A stretch of DNA of 64,000 nucleotides from Bythopirellula sp. (GTDB lineage: Bacteria; Planctomycetota; Planctomycetia; Pirellulales; Lacipirellulaceae), in contig OZ244170.1 of the NCBI GenBank assembly GCA_965216565.1, positions 4,832,001-4,896,000 on the forward strand, given 5' to 3'. The notes below the pieces were generated by a model. The model was given only the letters and a program-made list of their open reading frames with translations, was not told the DNA's origin and did not search any database. This document shows, in pieces, positions 41,672 through 50,711 of the stretch. Every line of letters starts with the position of its first letter. Position 1 is the first letter of the stretch. A program made the position numbers and the translations under genes.

Positions 41672-42835
41672 ATGATGGACAAGACGAGTAACCACAGAAC
41701 TAGCGGTTTCACATTAGTAGAGCTGCTGGTGGTGATTGCGATTATCGGGGTGCTCGTGGCCCTGCTACTTCCAGCCGTTCAAGCGGCGCGAGAGGCAGCG
41801 CGCCGCACCCAGTGTAAGAACAATCTGAAGCAGGTTGGTATTGCCACACAAAACTTTGTTGACACGTACAAGCATTTCCCCACGGGGGGAACCAAAAACG
41901 ATCCTAGTTTCGATGCCTACTTCACGGGCGGTAAGCCCAACGGTCCGTTGAGGCAATGCTTGGGATGGGCGTATCAATTACTTCCGTTCCTAGAGCAGTC
42001 GAATGTGAAAGATGCAGCGGCTTCGCTCAATGATGGCACAGCAACCATGAATGCCATGCGCGCTCTCTCCGAGACGCCAATCACCATGTACAACTGCCCT
42101 TCCCGTCGAGGGCCAACAAAAGGCGTAGAGATGGGCGGGGCCTTCTCTGGGTTCAGCTTTTACTTAATGGATTATGCAGCAGCCCTGGCAGGTCCTACAC
42201 GAAATAGCTACGACTCGTCACAATTCTCGGCCAGCTCGTTCGACGCCTTACTTGATGATCCTTCCGGCGACCTGAATGCATTGTGGTGGGGATGCAAATC
42301 TGGATGCAATGGCTCTGCGTATCCCTACGGGTTTACGAAGAGTCTGGTTAACAAATACTCAAATGCTGAGTATCGAGGGATCGTCCAGAGAGTTGATTGG
42401 TCGCAATATGCTCCAAATGATACCAATGCCTGGTCTGTTGGATTCACGCAGAAAGTCTCTTTCAAGAGTATTACTGATGGCTCGAGCAACACGATGTGGG
42501 TGGGCGAAAAGAGGCTTATTCCCAGCCAGTACGATACCGGCAATAGCTGGGACAATCGGGGCTGGTCGGATGGATGGGATTGGGACATCCTGCGATCGAC
42601 ATTCTGGATGATGGGGCCCGATGCAGAGACGCCCGCCTTCAACGATCATAAAAATGGAACGACTGGGCCTATCCGCGGTGGTGGTAGAAGCTTCGGCTCG
42701 CCACACTCCGGTGGCATGAATAGCGTATTCGCTGACGGTTCGGTTCAATTCATCAATTTTGAAGTTGACCGTGAACTTTTCAATCTCATTGGCAACAGAG
42801 CTGATGGCGAAATAGCAAACATCAATGAACTTTAA
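41672..42835 (+). CDS. DUF1559 prepilin-type N-terminal cleavage/methylation protein
   Basis: GFTLVELLVVIAIIGVLVALLLPAVQAAREAARR, ITDGSSNT, H-X9-DG motif HSGGMNSVFADG. Confidence 0.95.
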   Translation: MMDKTSNHRTSGFTLVELLVVIAIIGVLVALLLPAVQAAREAARRTQCKNNLKQVGIATQNFVDTYKHFPTGGTKNDPSFDAYFTGGKPNGPLRQCLGWAYQLLPFLEQSNVKDAAASLNDGTATMNAMRALSETPITMYNCPSRRGPTKGVEMGGAFSGFSFYLMDYAAALAGPTRNSYDSSQFSASSFDALLDDPSGDLNALWWGCKSGCNGSAYPYGFTKSLVNKYSNAEYRGIVQRVDWSQYAPNDTNAWSVGFTQKVSFKSITDGSSNTMWVGEKRLIPSQYDTGNSWDNRGWSDGWDWDILRSTFWMMGPDAETPAFNDHKNGTTGPIRGGGRSFGSPHSGGMNSVFADGSVQFINFEVDRELFNLIGNRADGEIANINEL

Positions 42836-42915
42836 CAGACTGCTCAAAGGATTTCGTACGTTCTTTCGACCCTAGCAAACTCAACCTCTGATTCATTCCT
42901 TGTGGGAACTACGTC

Positions 42916-44097
42916 ATGCGAAACAAATCCTATCTTGCCAACGCAATCGTGGCTTTCGGCCTCATTGTGCTCTCGGCTTCACAGCTACTGGCCCAATCAC
43001 ATATCAACAATCACTTGGGCATCAATGGCCTGCACTACCTGCCAAAATCCATATTTAACAATCTCTTGGGTACGACTATCACCCCGGACCCGAACGCTGC
43101 AAACCCGCACGCCATTCCCACTGCGGACTATGTGAATAACAATTCGGTTTCGTTCACCGAAAGCAATGTAGACATTCCTCCTCCCTGCGTATCGAGTCCA
43201 GCTACCTGCTCTTCGGGGGGCGGAAGTCTCTTTGAGTCCAATGGCCACCAGTTCATCTTTTCTGCCGATGGTGGTGCGACACCCTACGCTTTTCAAGAGG
43301 AAAACGCTTTTGACATCAGCTTCAACATGGTTGTGACGTCAAATGACCCACTCAATCGAAAAGGCATCGGTTTTCAGTTAAACTCCGATCCTAACGGTAC
43401 AAACAACGTGACTCAGTTTACCGCTCAAACTACGGATAGTTTGTTTGGAGGTTCGCCCCCGGGCAATCTAGGTGTCTCAGGCTCAACACTGTTGCCCAAC
43501 TTTCCCTTTGGCACCTTGTATACTGATGGCAGTACAATACGTGTGGGGATCATCTATCTCCCCCCCGAGCGAACAGGCGGCGGCGTATTGCTGACACCTG
43601 GCACTTTGGAATATCAGGTTGATTTAGATCCCAACAATGCTGGTGGTGAACTCACAACTGGGCCCTTAGATATTGACTCGAAGACCGTCAACGGACTCAT
43701 GATCGACGGTGGGATCATTGATGGTTCAGCCTTCGGTTTCCGAATTCAGGTTGTAGCAGACAACTCCAGCAACGACTTCTACACGGCTACGTTCTCGGAT
43801 TTCGAAATTCTCAATCCCCTGGAGAATGCTGACTTCAATGAGGATGGATTTGTCGACGGCCTCGACTTCCTCGTTTGGCAGCAAAACGTTGGGTCGATTG
43901 GATCTGGAACACTCGCCACTGGCGATGCCAATGGCGATACAAATGTGAATGGCGCCGATCTCGCGATTTGGGAAAGTCGATATGGTAGTACCTTCTCAGT
44001 AGCGTCGGTATCAGTGGTCCCAGAACCGAGGGCCTTTGTCCTGCTGGCTACAGGATTTGTCGTTCTACCAAGGCTCAAGAGACGCAGAGGCGAGTAG
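42916..44097 (+). CDS. PEP-CTERM protein with dockerin-like repeats
   Basis: Signal peptide, ADFNEDGFVDGLDF/GDANGD, VPEP + TM + KRRR. Confidence 0.88.
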   Translation: MRNKSYLANAIVAFGLIVLSASQLLAQSHINNHLGINGLHYLPKSIFNNLLGTTITPDPNAANPHAIPTADYVNNNSVSFTESNVDIPPPCVSSPATCSSGGGSLFESNGHQFIFSADGGATPYAFQEENAFDISFNMVVTSNDPLNRKGIGFQLNSDPNGTNNVTQFTAQTTDSLFGGSPPGNLGVSGSTLLPNFPFGTLYTDGSTIRVGIIYLPPERTGGGVLLTPGTLEYQVDLDPNNAGGELTTGPLDIDSKTVNGLMIDGGIIDGSAFGFRIQVVADNSSNDFYTATFSDFEILNPLENADFNEDGFVDGLDFLVWQQNVGSIGSGTLATGDANGDTNVNGADLAIWESRYGSTFSVASVSVVPEPRAFVLLATGFVVLPRLKRRRGE

Positions 44098-44174
44098 TTG
44101 AGGGAGAATTGGAGCCTATAGTGGGCACCGCTGAACTTGTTTCAGTTTCTGAAAACGTTTTTCGTTGTATTTTC

Positions 44175-44230
44175 TTGACTTTTCTAGACCCCGGGATTAA
44201 CGTAAGTGGAGAAACCTGCAAGCGCTTTCA
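44175..44230 (+). promoter_or_regulatory. Sigma70-like promoter plus LacI-type operator
   Basis: TTGACT (44175)-17 nt-TAACGT (44198); TGCAAGCGCTTTCA at 44217-44230 is the exact reverse complement of the 41584 site. Confidence 0.72.
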
Positions 44231-44350
44231 TGGTTGGCGAGGCTAACTTTGATCGTCGTTTGTGTGAATTGACTTTGTTGGACGAGCAGCGTTGTTTGTC
44301 CTAGCTACTTGTCTTTGTGTTCATTTTTTCCGTTTTGGGAGGTTGATCTA

Positions 44351-45124
44351 ATGAAGAAACTTCTTGCATGCTTCGCTGTGCTCTTAATGGCAACGTCCGT
44401 TGCCTCCGCTCAGCAAAATCTTTTGGACGATGGGTCGTTCGACCTAGCCACACACAATTCAAATGATTCCGTTAGTAATAGCAATTGGGTTCTAGACTTC
44501 AACAAGCCTGATGGCAACGACGCTGCATTCAGAACCCAATCGGGTTTTGCCAATTCAGAGAACACCGGCGCTGGGGGATCGCAAGGATTTCCCAATGGTC
44601 GAGGCCTTTGGTTCCGTGGATTTGAAGGTGACCAGGAAGATACCGATCCTAATGCGTGTGCTGCTGACCCCAATAGCAGCGGATGCGGTGGAGCCGGCGA
44701 TGCACTGGGCCGAGGTTCAGCTACACAGATAGTCTCCGCTCCTCAGAGTGGTGACTACACTTTGTTTTTCCAAGCTGCCAAAGAAGAACACTTTACGGCA
44801 GGCATCTGGGAAGTCTCGATTACTTCGGATGGAACGGGCGGATCTGCTTCGGTCGACTTGCTGACTGCTGCGATCGATCCCCTTGGGAACTACAATGTCA
44901 ACAGTGGCCCTCTCTTCGGTGGAGACAGGTTCACTTTGACTTTGACTGGTGTCACAGCTGGCGACAACCTTACAGTGGTTGGTCGCGCGGTCGATATGGT
45001 CGATGCCAATATTAATCCTCAATCGGCCTTCTTGGATCGCTTTGTCCTGCAAGTTCCAGAACCAGCCAGCGCTTTGCTGATGGGTCTGGCTACCTTGGGA
45101 ATGGCTGTTCGCAGACGTCGATAG
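44351..45124 (+). CDS. PEP-CTERM protein
   Basis: GGAGG RBS, MKKLLACF signal peptide, VPEPASALL...RRRR. Confidence 0.9.
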   Translation: MKKLLACFAVLLMATSVASAQQNLLDDGSFDLATHNSNDSVSNSNWVLDFNKPDGNDAAFRTQSGFANSENTGAGGSQGFPNGRGLWFRGFEGDQEDTDPNACAADPNSSGCGGAGDALGRGSATQIVSAPQSGDYTLFFQAAKEEHFTAGIWEVSITSDGTGGSASVDLLTAAIDPLGNYNVNSGPLFGGDRFTLTLTGVTAGDNLTVVGRAVDMVDANINPQSAFLDRFVLQVPEPASALLMGLATLGMAVRRRR

Positions 45125-45181
45125 TTACCCTCCCTTTGCAAGGTTCTAGGTTTCTTGAGCAACCGAACCTTGAGAATTGTC

Positions 45182-45216
45182 GGACGTCCACTCCTATCGA
45201 GTGGGCGTCCTTTTTT
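45182..45216 (+). terminator. Intrinsic terminator
   Basis: GGACGTCCACTC-CTATC-GAGTGGGCGTCC (12-bp stem, one G-U pair) followed by TTTTTT. Confidence 0.8.
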
Positions 45217-45219
45217 CTT

Positions 45220-46626
45220 ATGAAATCAACGAATAGCCCACATCAACCAATCTTTCCGCCTGAGTTTATCTTGGGCGCTGGTACCTCTGCCTATCAGATT
45301 GAAGGGGCGGTTTCCACGGCTGGACGTACGGCAAGCATCTGGGATACCTTCTGCCAACAGCCTGGCAAAGTCGCGAATGGAGACACTGGGGACTTCGCGT
45401 GCGATCACTACCACCGTTTTCGCGATGACGTTCAATTGATGAAGCAGTTGGGCTTGCGAGCCTATCGGTTGTCTGTCTCTTGGCCCAGGGTGATTCCCAC
45501 TGACTCAGGCACTGTGAACGGCAATGGCTTGGCATTCTATGACGCACTTATTGACGCCCTGCTAGAAGCCAATATCGAGCCGTGGATCACTCTGTATCAT
45601 TGGGATCTTCCACAATATCTGCAAGACGCTGATGGCTGGCTGAACCCGCAGATCGTCAGCCGGTTTGCGGAATACACGCTCGCGGTCGTCGAGCGGCTCT
45701 CTGATCGGGTGGGGCATTGGATCACAATTAACGAACCGCAATGCTTCCTGAAATTTGGCCTTGGTGATGGCACAAATGCCCCAGGGCTTTGCTTGAGCCT
45801 CAAAGATCAATTGCTTGCCGCCCATCATGTGTTGCTTGCCCATGGTCGAGCGGTGCAAGTGATTCGCGAATCGGCCAAATCTTCGCCTCAGGTTGGATTG
45901 GCCCCCGTTGGTCTAACTGCAGTCCCTGATCGGTCTAACCGCGAAGCCCCTCAAGAAAAAGATATCGAAGCTGCACGCACAGCTTCGATGGAGATCCGCT
46001 CTCCTGATCTGTGGAACAATACTTGGTTTAGTGATCCGGTTTTTCTTGGCAGCTATCCCGAGAGTGGTCTGCAAGTTTACGGAAAGGCCGTGCCAAGCTA
46101 CGAACAGAGCGACTTGGATCTAGTTTCCCAACCTTTGGATTTTCTCGGGTTAAATGTGTACACGGCGGAGCGAGTCGTCGCCGCGGAAGATGGCAACTGG
46201 AAAGAGATCCCTTTAGTGGAAGGGCATGCACGCACAGCCTTTGATTGGCCTGTGATTGAAGACTGTTTGTATTGGTCAGCACGATTTCACTACGAGCGTT
46301 ACTCCGTTCCGATCATCATCACAGAAAACGGGATGGCCAATGTCGATTGGGTTGGGGTAGACGGTATGGTGAGCGACCCTCAGCGGATCGATTATCTAAG
46401 CCGTCATCTAGCTGCCTTAAGCCAATGCGTGTCTGAGGGTCACGATGTGCGTGGCTATTTTCATTGGTCGCTGCTGGACAATTTCGAATGGGCTTATGGC
46501 TATGGCCGTCGCTTCGGGCTGATCTATGTTGATTTTCCCTCTGGCCAGCGGCTGCTGAAAGAATCTGCTCATTGGTATCGAGAATTGATTTCAGCCAACA
46601 ACCGAGTCGCCCTCGAGTGCGATTAG
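45220..46626 (+). CDS. GH1 beta-glucosidase
   Basis: SAYQIEG, CDHYHR, TLYHWDLP, TINEP, ITENG, WSLLDNFEWAYGY..RFG. Confidence 0.96.
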   Translation: MKSTNSPHQPIFPPEFILGAGTSAYQIEGAVSTAGRTASIWDTFCQQPGKVANGDTGDFACDHYHRFRDDVQLMKQLGLRAYRLSVSWPRVIPTDSGTVNGNGLAFYDALIDALLEANIEPWITLYHWDLPQYLQDADGWLNPQIVSRFAEYTLAVVERLSDRVGHWITINEPQCFLKFGLGDGTNAPGLCLSLKDQLLAAHHVLLAHGRAVQVIRESAKSSPQVGLAPVGLTAVPDRSNREAPQEKDIEAARTASMEIRSPDLWNNTWFSDPVFLGSYPESGLQVYGKAVPSYEQSDLDLVSQPLDFLGLNVYTAERVVAAEDGNWKEIPLVEGHARTAFDWPVIEDCLYWSARFHYERYSVPIIITENGMANVDWVGVDGMVSDPQRIDYLSRHLAALSQCVSEGHDVRGYFHWSLLDNFEWAYGYGRRFGLIYVDFPSGQRLLKESAHWYRELISANNRVALECD

Positions 46627-46854
46627 TTCAACTTGAACCCAGCTTTGGGTCGGGTAAGTAAGTTCGACGCTTGACTAGATTTCGAAAATTCTCAAGCAAG
46701 AGCAAGGATTCCTGATCGGATGGCATCGAGAGCAGGCTTTCCGATCATCGGTTGCATCGTTTACAATCTTGCTGTCCTGTTTCTCACGTCGATCTAGGGG
46801 ATCCCCTCGGCAAGACAAGCCGAGGGCGATATCAAGCATTCGAGATCAGCTTTG

Positions 46855-49164
46855 ATGAATTCTTCCGATCCCTTCGAACAGCAGCTTGATGATTTTGACG
46901 CGGCCTGGAATAGCGAGAGTGTGCCTTCGATCGACGACTATTTGCTTGCTGCGACTGAAGCTAATCAGCGCGAAATGCTCGTCGAACTTGTCATGATCGA
47001 TCTGGAGTATCGTTGGCGGCCCACCCAGGATTCGACTAATTTGCAGGACGCGCAAGGTGGCACGTTGCCTTGGTTTCCTTTGTTGAGAGACTACCAGTGT
47101 CTCTATCCTCTGCTGGGATCCTACGATGCGTTACCACTTTCGTTGATTGCTGAAGAATATCGAGTCCGCACTCGATGGGGCGATCGCCCCACTCGGGATC
47201 AATATTTGATGACCTATGGAGATCGCGACGGCGGTATCAGATCTTGCTTAGATAACGTAGACGCCGAGCTGCAGTTGCCCGATTTCGCAAAAACCGAACT
47301 GGCGAGGCAAGATTCAGCGGCAAACACCCCGAGCTTACTGTCAGGAAAAACAAGCCGAGAGCAGCTCCAAGTGGGAGATTTGGTCGACGATTTTCGACTG
47401 CTGAACAAACTAGGTTCCGGCGCGTTTGCCGACGTATTTCTGGCGCAGCAACGATCGATGCACCGCTTAGTTGCCCTGAAAGTTTCGGAGACCTTCAGCT
47501 CCGAGCCAAAAGTACTTTCAGCATTGAATCATCCGAACATAGTACGCGTCTACGACGAACGCCAGGTCCAGGGGTTAAGCCTGCTGTACATGCAGTATGT
47601 GTCGGGAGGGAATCTGAGAGAAATTTTGGACGACATGAAAGTCTCCAAAATGAAAGAATTTTCAGGCCAAGTTTTCTTGGATGCGATTCAAAACGTTTTG
47701 GAAACCAAAGGAGAGATACCTTCGATAAGTCGAATTGTTTCGCCGGTCCAAGATATGGATTGGCCGACAACGGTGGGATGGATCGGCGTCGGGCTGGCTA
47801 GTGCGTTGCAACATGCCCATGAGCAAGAGGTGCATCATAGAGATATCAAGTTTGAAAATATTCTGGTTACCGCAGGAGGTCGGCCAATGCTGGTCGATTT
47901 TAACCTTGGATTCGGAGAATCGCTTGCGTACGACCATGGAGTGTTGTTCGGGGGAAGTCTCGCCTATATGTCTGCCGAACAGTTAGAAGTTTTGCTCCAC
48001 CGCCGCAATCCAAAAGATGTGAGCCCTGAAAGCGACTTCTATTCTTTGTCAATCGTGTTGTGGGAGTTGCTCACGGGAAGTCGACCCTTCGATGGCGATG
48101 CCGATAAGGGGGAGAACACTCTCCAGAAAATGTTGGAACTCCGTCAACAGGGTGCCGACCCATCCGCGTTGCCAACCAAGTGCCCAGGGGGAATGCGAAA
48201 AACGGTGCTCGAGAGCCTGAACCCTTCGCAAGCTGACAATCTCTTGGACGGCTTAACCTATCTCAGACGACTCCAATTGTCGTTGCTACCGGAAGTTGAC
48301 GAGCTACTGTCGCCACCCCCAAACAGCCAGCAGGCGAAGTGGGCCAAACATCCCACTTTTTGGTTACTGTTGTTTGGTATCGTTCCGAACGTCATTGTCT
48401 CATTGATCAATATCTGGGCCAATTCTCGTCTGACCACGCATCATTTTGATCGCCAGTTTTTTTGGGGCCAACAGTTGCCAGTTGTAAATACAATCAATTA
48501 CTCGCTGGGCACCATTTCAATGCTTGGGATCTTGTGGCCTTTGCTTCGAGTTCTCTGGAAGGAAGATGTTGCGAGCTTGCACAAAGAACAGAAGGCCAGT
48601 CTCGGGTATCGTTGCCTCGCAGCACCGGGCTGGATAGCAGCTGTCATTGTGATGCTGTGGATCTTCTCGGGAGTGGTGTTTCCCATGTGGAATCGCGTAG
48701 CACCGGAAAGTTCGGTTGGATTAACCGATTCGTTGGTCTTCTTGAGTTCTCAGATCCTACACGGGATTATTGCAGCGGCCACGACTTTCGTTTTCATCTC
48801 GCTTGTACTTGTGACAGCTCTCTTCCCACTGATGATCGGCGAAAGGGAGGATCCGCAGGGCGTGGTGCGCTTGGCAAGATTCCGTAACCTATTGAATCGT
48901 TCGGTGACTTGCCTGGGTCTTTCACCTCTGTTAGCGATCTTGCTATTAGCCCTAACCGATTGGGGGGATGATCAAGCCGAACAGTCGGTGTTTGTGATGC
49001 TGGCATTGGTCGGATTTGCGGGCCACTGGATTGCCTCTAGAATCATCCCCTTCATTTCCGCCAAGGTTGAAGCCTTGATGCTGGCGCTCGCTCCGACTAC
49101 TGAATTGCCCGGCATGACCGTCGTCGATGCGTTCCGCGGTACAGTGAGCGATAGATCAAGGTAG
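46855..49164 (+). CDS. Ser/Thr protein kinase with planctomycete-type N-terminal domain and about 5-6 C-terminal TM helices
   Basis: FDAAW..PSIDDYL..ELV.IDLEYRW N-terminus; LGSGAFADV, HRDIKFEN, DFNL, GGSLAYMSAEQ. Confidence 0.9.
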   Translation: MNSSDPFEQQLDDFDAAWNSESVPSIDDYLLAATEANQREMLVELVMIDLEYRWRPTQDSTNLQDAQGGTLPWFPLLRDYQCLYPLLGSYDALPLSLIAEEYRVRTRWGDRPTRDQYLMTYGDRDGGIRSCLDNVDAELQLPDFAKTELARQDSAANTPSLLSGKTSREQLQVGDLVDDFRLLNKLGSGAFADVFLAQQRSMHRLVALKVSETFSSEPKVLSALNHPNIVRVYDERQVQGLSLLYMQYVSGGNLREILDDMKVSKMKEFSGQVFLDAIQNVLETKGEIPSISRIVSPVQDMDWPTTVGWIGVGLASALQHAHEQEVHHRDIKFENILVTAGGRPMLVDFNLGFGESLAYDHGVLFGGSLAYMSAEQLEVLLHRRNPKDVSPESDFYSLSIVLWELLTGSRPFDGDADKGENTLQKMLELRQQGADPSALPTKCPGGMRKTVLESLNPSQADNLLDGLTYLRRLQLSLLPEVDELLSPPPNSQQAKWAKHPTFWLLLFGIVPNVIVSLINIWANSRLTTHHFDRQFFWGQQLPVVNTINYSLGTISMLGILWPLLRVLWKEDVASLHKEQKASLGYRCLAAPGWIAAVIVMLWIFSGVVFPMWNRVAPESSVGLTDSLVFLSSQILHGIIAAATTFVFISLVLVTALFPLMIGEREDPQGVVRLARFRNLLNRSVTCLGLSPLLAILLLALTDWGDDQAEQSVFVMLALVGFAGHWIASRIIPFISAKVEALMLALAPTTELPGMTVVDAFRGTVSDRSR

Positions 49165-50706
49165 ACTTGGTATCCCGATGAGTGGATCTTCTGCCCCAAT
49201 GATATCTACGCTTTTTACCAGAGAACGCTCTGCATCAAAATTATCGGTTGCTGCGTCGCCCCCTAGGGTCAGTGTGTGAGCGATTTCTCGTCCCGAGACT
49301 GCATCTTTTGCTCCCACGCTCACTAATCCCTCCGAATCATATTGCATGGTGACTTCGATCGGATAATTGGCTTTAGGCTCTGCAATCGGTCCAAAGGAGA
49401 AGCTGCCCAGGCTAAAGGCGTCAGACGGGTTTCCTTTGGACTGCACTACTTCGATTGTCATCCGTGTTTGGTCATTTCGCGACGTCTTAAAGATCCGCTT
49501 CCCCCGCTCTGGCAGCAGCGAATTCCGCTTGACTAGATTGTAGATGGCTTGCTTACCCGTGCGGGGATTGCGAATCCGAACTCCTAAGTCATAGCCTGCT
49601 ATGGATTGCCGATACGAGGCACCTTCAGGATTGCTGCCCGCTCCGATCTTAGCAGCAAGCATGGCAGCCCCGTAAGCGACCGCGTTTTCTGGGTGGCGCG
49701 ATATGATTTCTACCGGGGCATTGCCTACCAGTTCTTCTATGAATTTTCTGACTGCATGAATTTGCGTCGACCCGCCTACCAAGTAAATCTTATCTAGATC
49801 TCCCAGTTCGAGATTTCCAGACTGCAGACACCTGTGGACGATTTCCCCAGTGCGTTGGAGCATTGGTTGGATCAGCCTCTCAAAGTGAGTTTGTGCAAGC
49901 ACAAACTTGAAGGGCTCGGTGCCAATTATGGTACTGTGCCGCACTTGTGTGTTTTTATTACTGCTAAGGCTGATCTTTGTATCATCCGCTAAGCGACGAA
50001 GCTGGGATTGCACCTCTGGAGATTGAGGGAGACTAGTGTGGCTTCGGCTCTGAAAAGCCTCCTTCATCTGCTGCATAATGAGCTCGTCGATCCAACTACC
50101 GCCAATCTCCGTTTCACCTTCGGAAGCGAGTACGTGTAGCGAATCGCGCGAGCCTCGCAGGACTGAGGCATCGAACGATCCTCCTCCAAGGTCGTAGACC
50201 AGAATAGTTTGATCTTGAATATAGTCTTTAGTAAGAAAAGTAGCCGCAGCGACCGACTCATCAACCAACGAGGGAACCCCAATGTCCGCTAGCTCTGCTG
50301 CGCGACGAACCGCACGGCGCTTCGTGTCGCCAAAATGCGAAGGGACGGCGATGACCGCTCTACTGATTTCTTCAAAGGTAGTTGCCTGCAAATCATAGCG
50401 CAACTTCGAAAGAACTAGTGAGTTGATCGCCGCTGCTGACCAGTCTCGGCCCTGGAAGTCCTGAAATACCGGCAATCGATCTCCCAACTGCAGCTTGCTA
50501 TTCCGCACCGCCTTAATTGCATCTTCGTCAGGCAGAACCTTCACGCTTTCCCCAACGACGCATCCCAGCTCACTTAGATGAACGAGCGAAGGCGTATGGA
50601 ATTCGCTGGCATCGCGGGAGACGGGGACCAGTGTAGGAATCCCCTCTGCGTTCACGTGGGCAATAGTAGAATAAGATGTGCCAAGATCAATACCGACGGG
50701 AATCAT
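49156..50706 (-). CDS. Divergent Hsp70-family protein lacking the C-terminal lid
   Basis: GIDLGTSYS, VPSHF, DESVAAA, YDLGGGSFD, LVGGSTQI, AVAYGAA, SBD-beta IEVTMQYDSEG; only 516 aa. Confidence 0.9.
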   Translation of the reverse strand: MIPVGIDLGTSYSTIAHVNAEGIPTLVPVSRDASEFHTPSLVHLSELGCVVGESVKVLPDEDAIKAVRNSKLQLGDRLPVFQDFQGRDWSAAAINSLVLSKLRYDLQATTFEEISRAVIAVPSHFGDTKRRAVRRAAELADIGVPSLVDESVAAATFLTKDYIQDQTILVYDLGGGSFDASVLRGSRDSLHVLASEGETEIGGSWIDELIMQQMKEAFQSRSHTSLPQSPEVQSQLRRLADDTKISLSSNKNTQVRHSTIIGTEPFKFVLAQTHFERLIQPMLQRTGEIVHRCLQSGNLELGDLDKIYLVGGSTQIHAVRKFIEELVGNAPVEIISRHPENAVAYGAAMLAAKIGAGSNPEGASYRQSIAGYDLGVRIRNPRTGKQAIYNLVKRNSLLPERGKRIFKTSRNDQTRMTIEVVQSKGNPSDAFSLGSFSFGPIAEPKANYPIEVTMQYDSEGLVSVGAKDAVSGREIAHTLTLGGDAATDNFDAERSLVKSVDIIGAEDPLIGIPSLP

Positions 50707-50711
50707 AATAG

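Noticed and set aside
44150..44163. TGAAAACGTTTTTC as a further LacI operator
   Set aside because: Four mismatches to the consensus; possibly auxiliary but not supportable.
46773..46802. TGTCCTG upstream of the 46855 kinase as a fifth ECF promoter
   Set aside because: The position 13 nt downstream reads TCTAGGGGAT, not TGRCAA.
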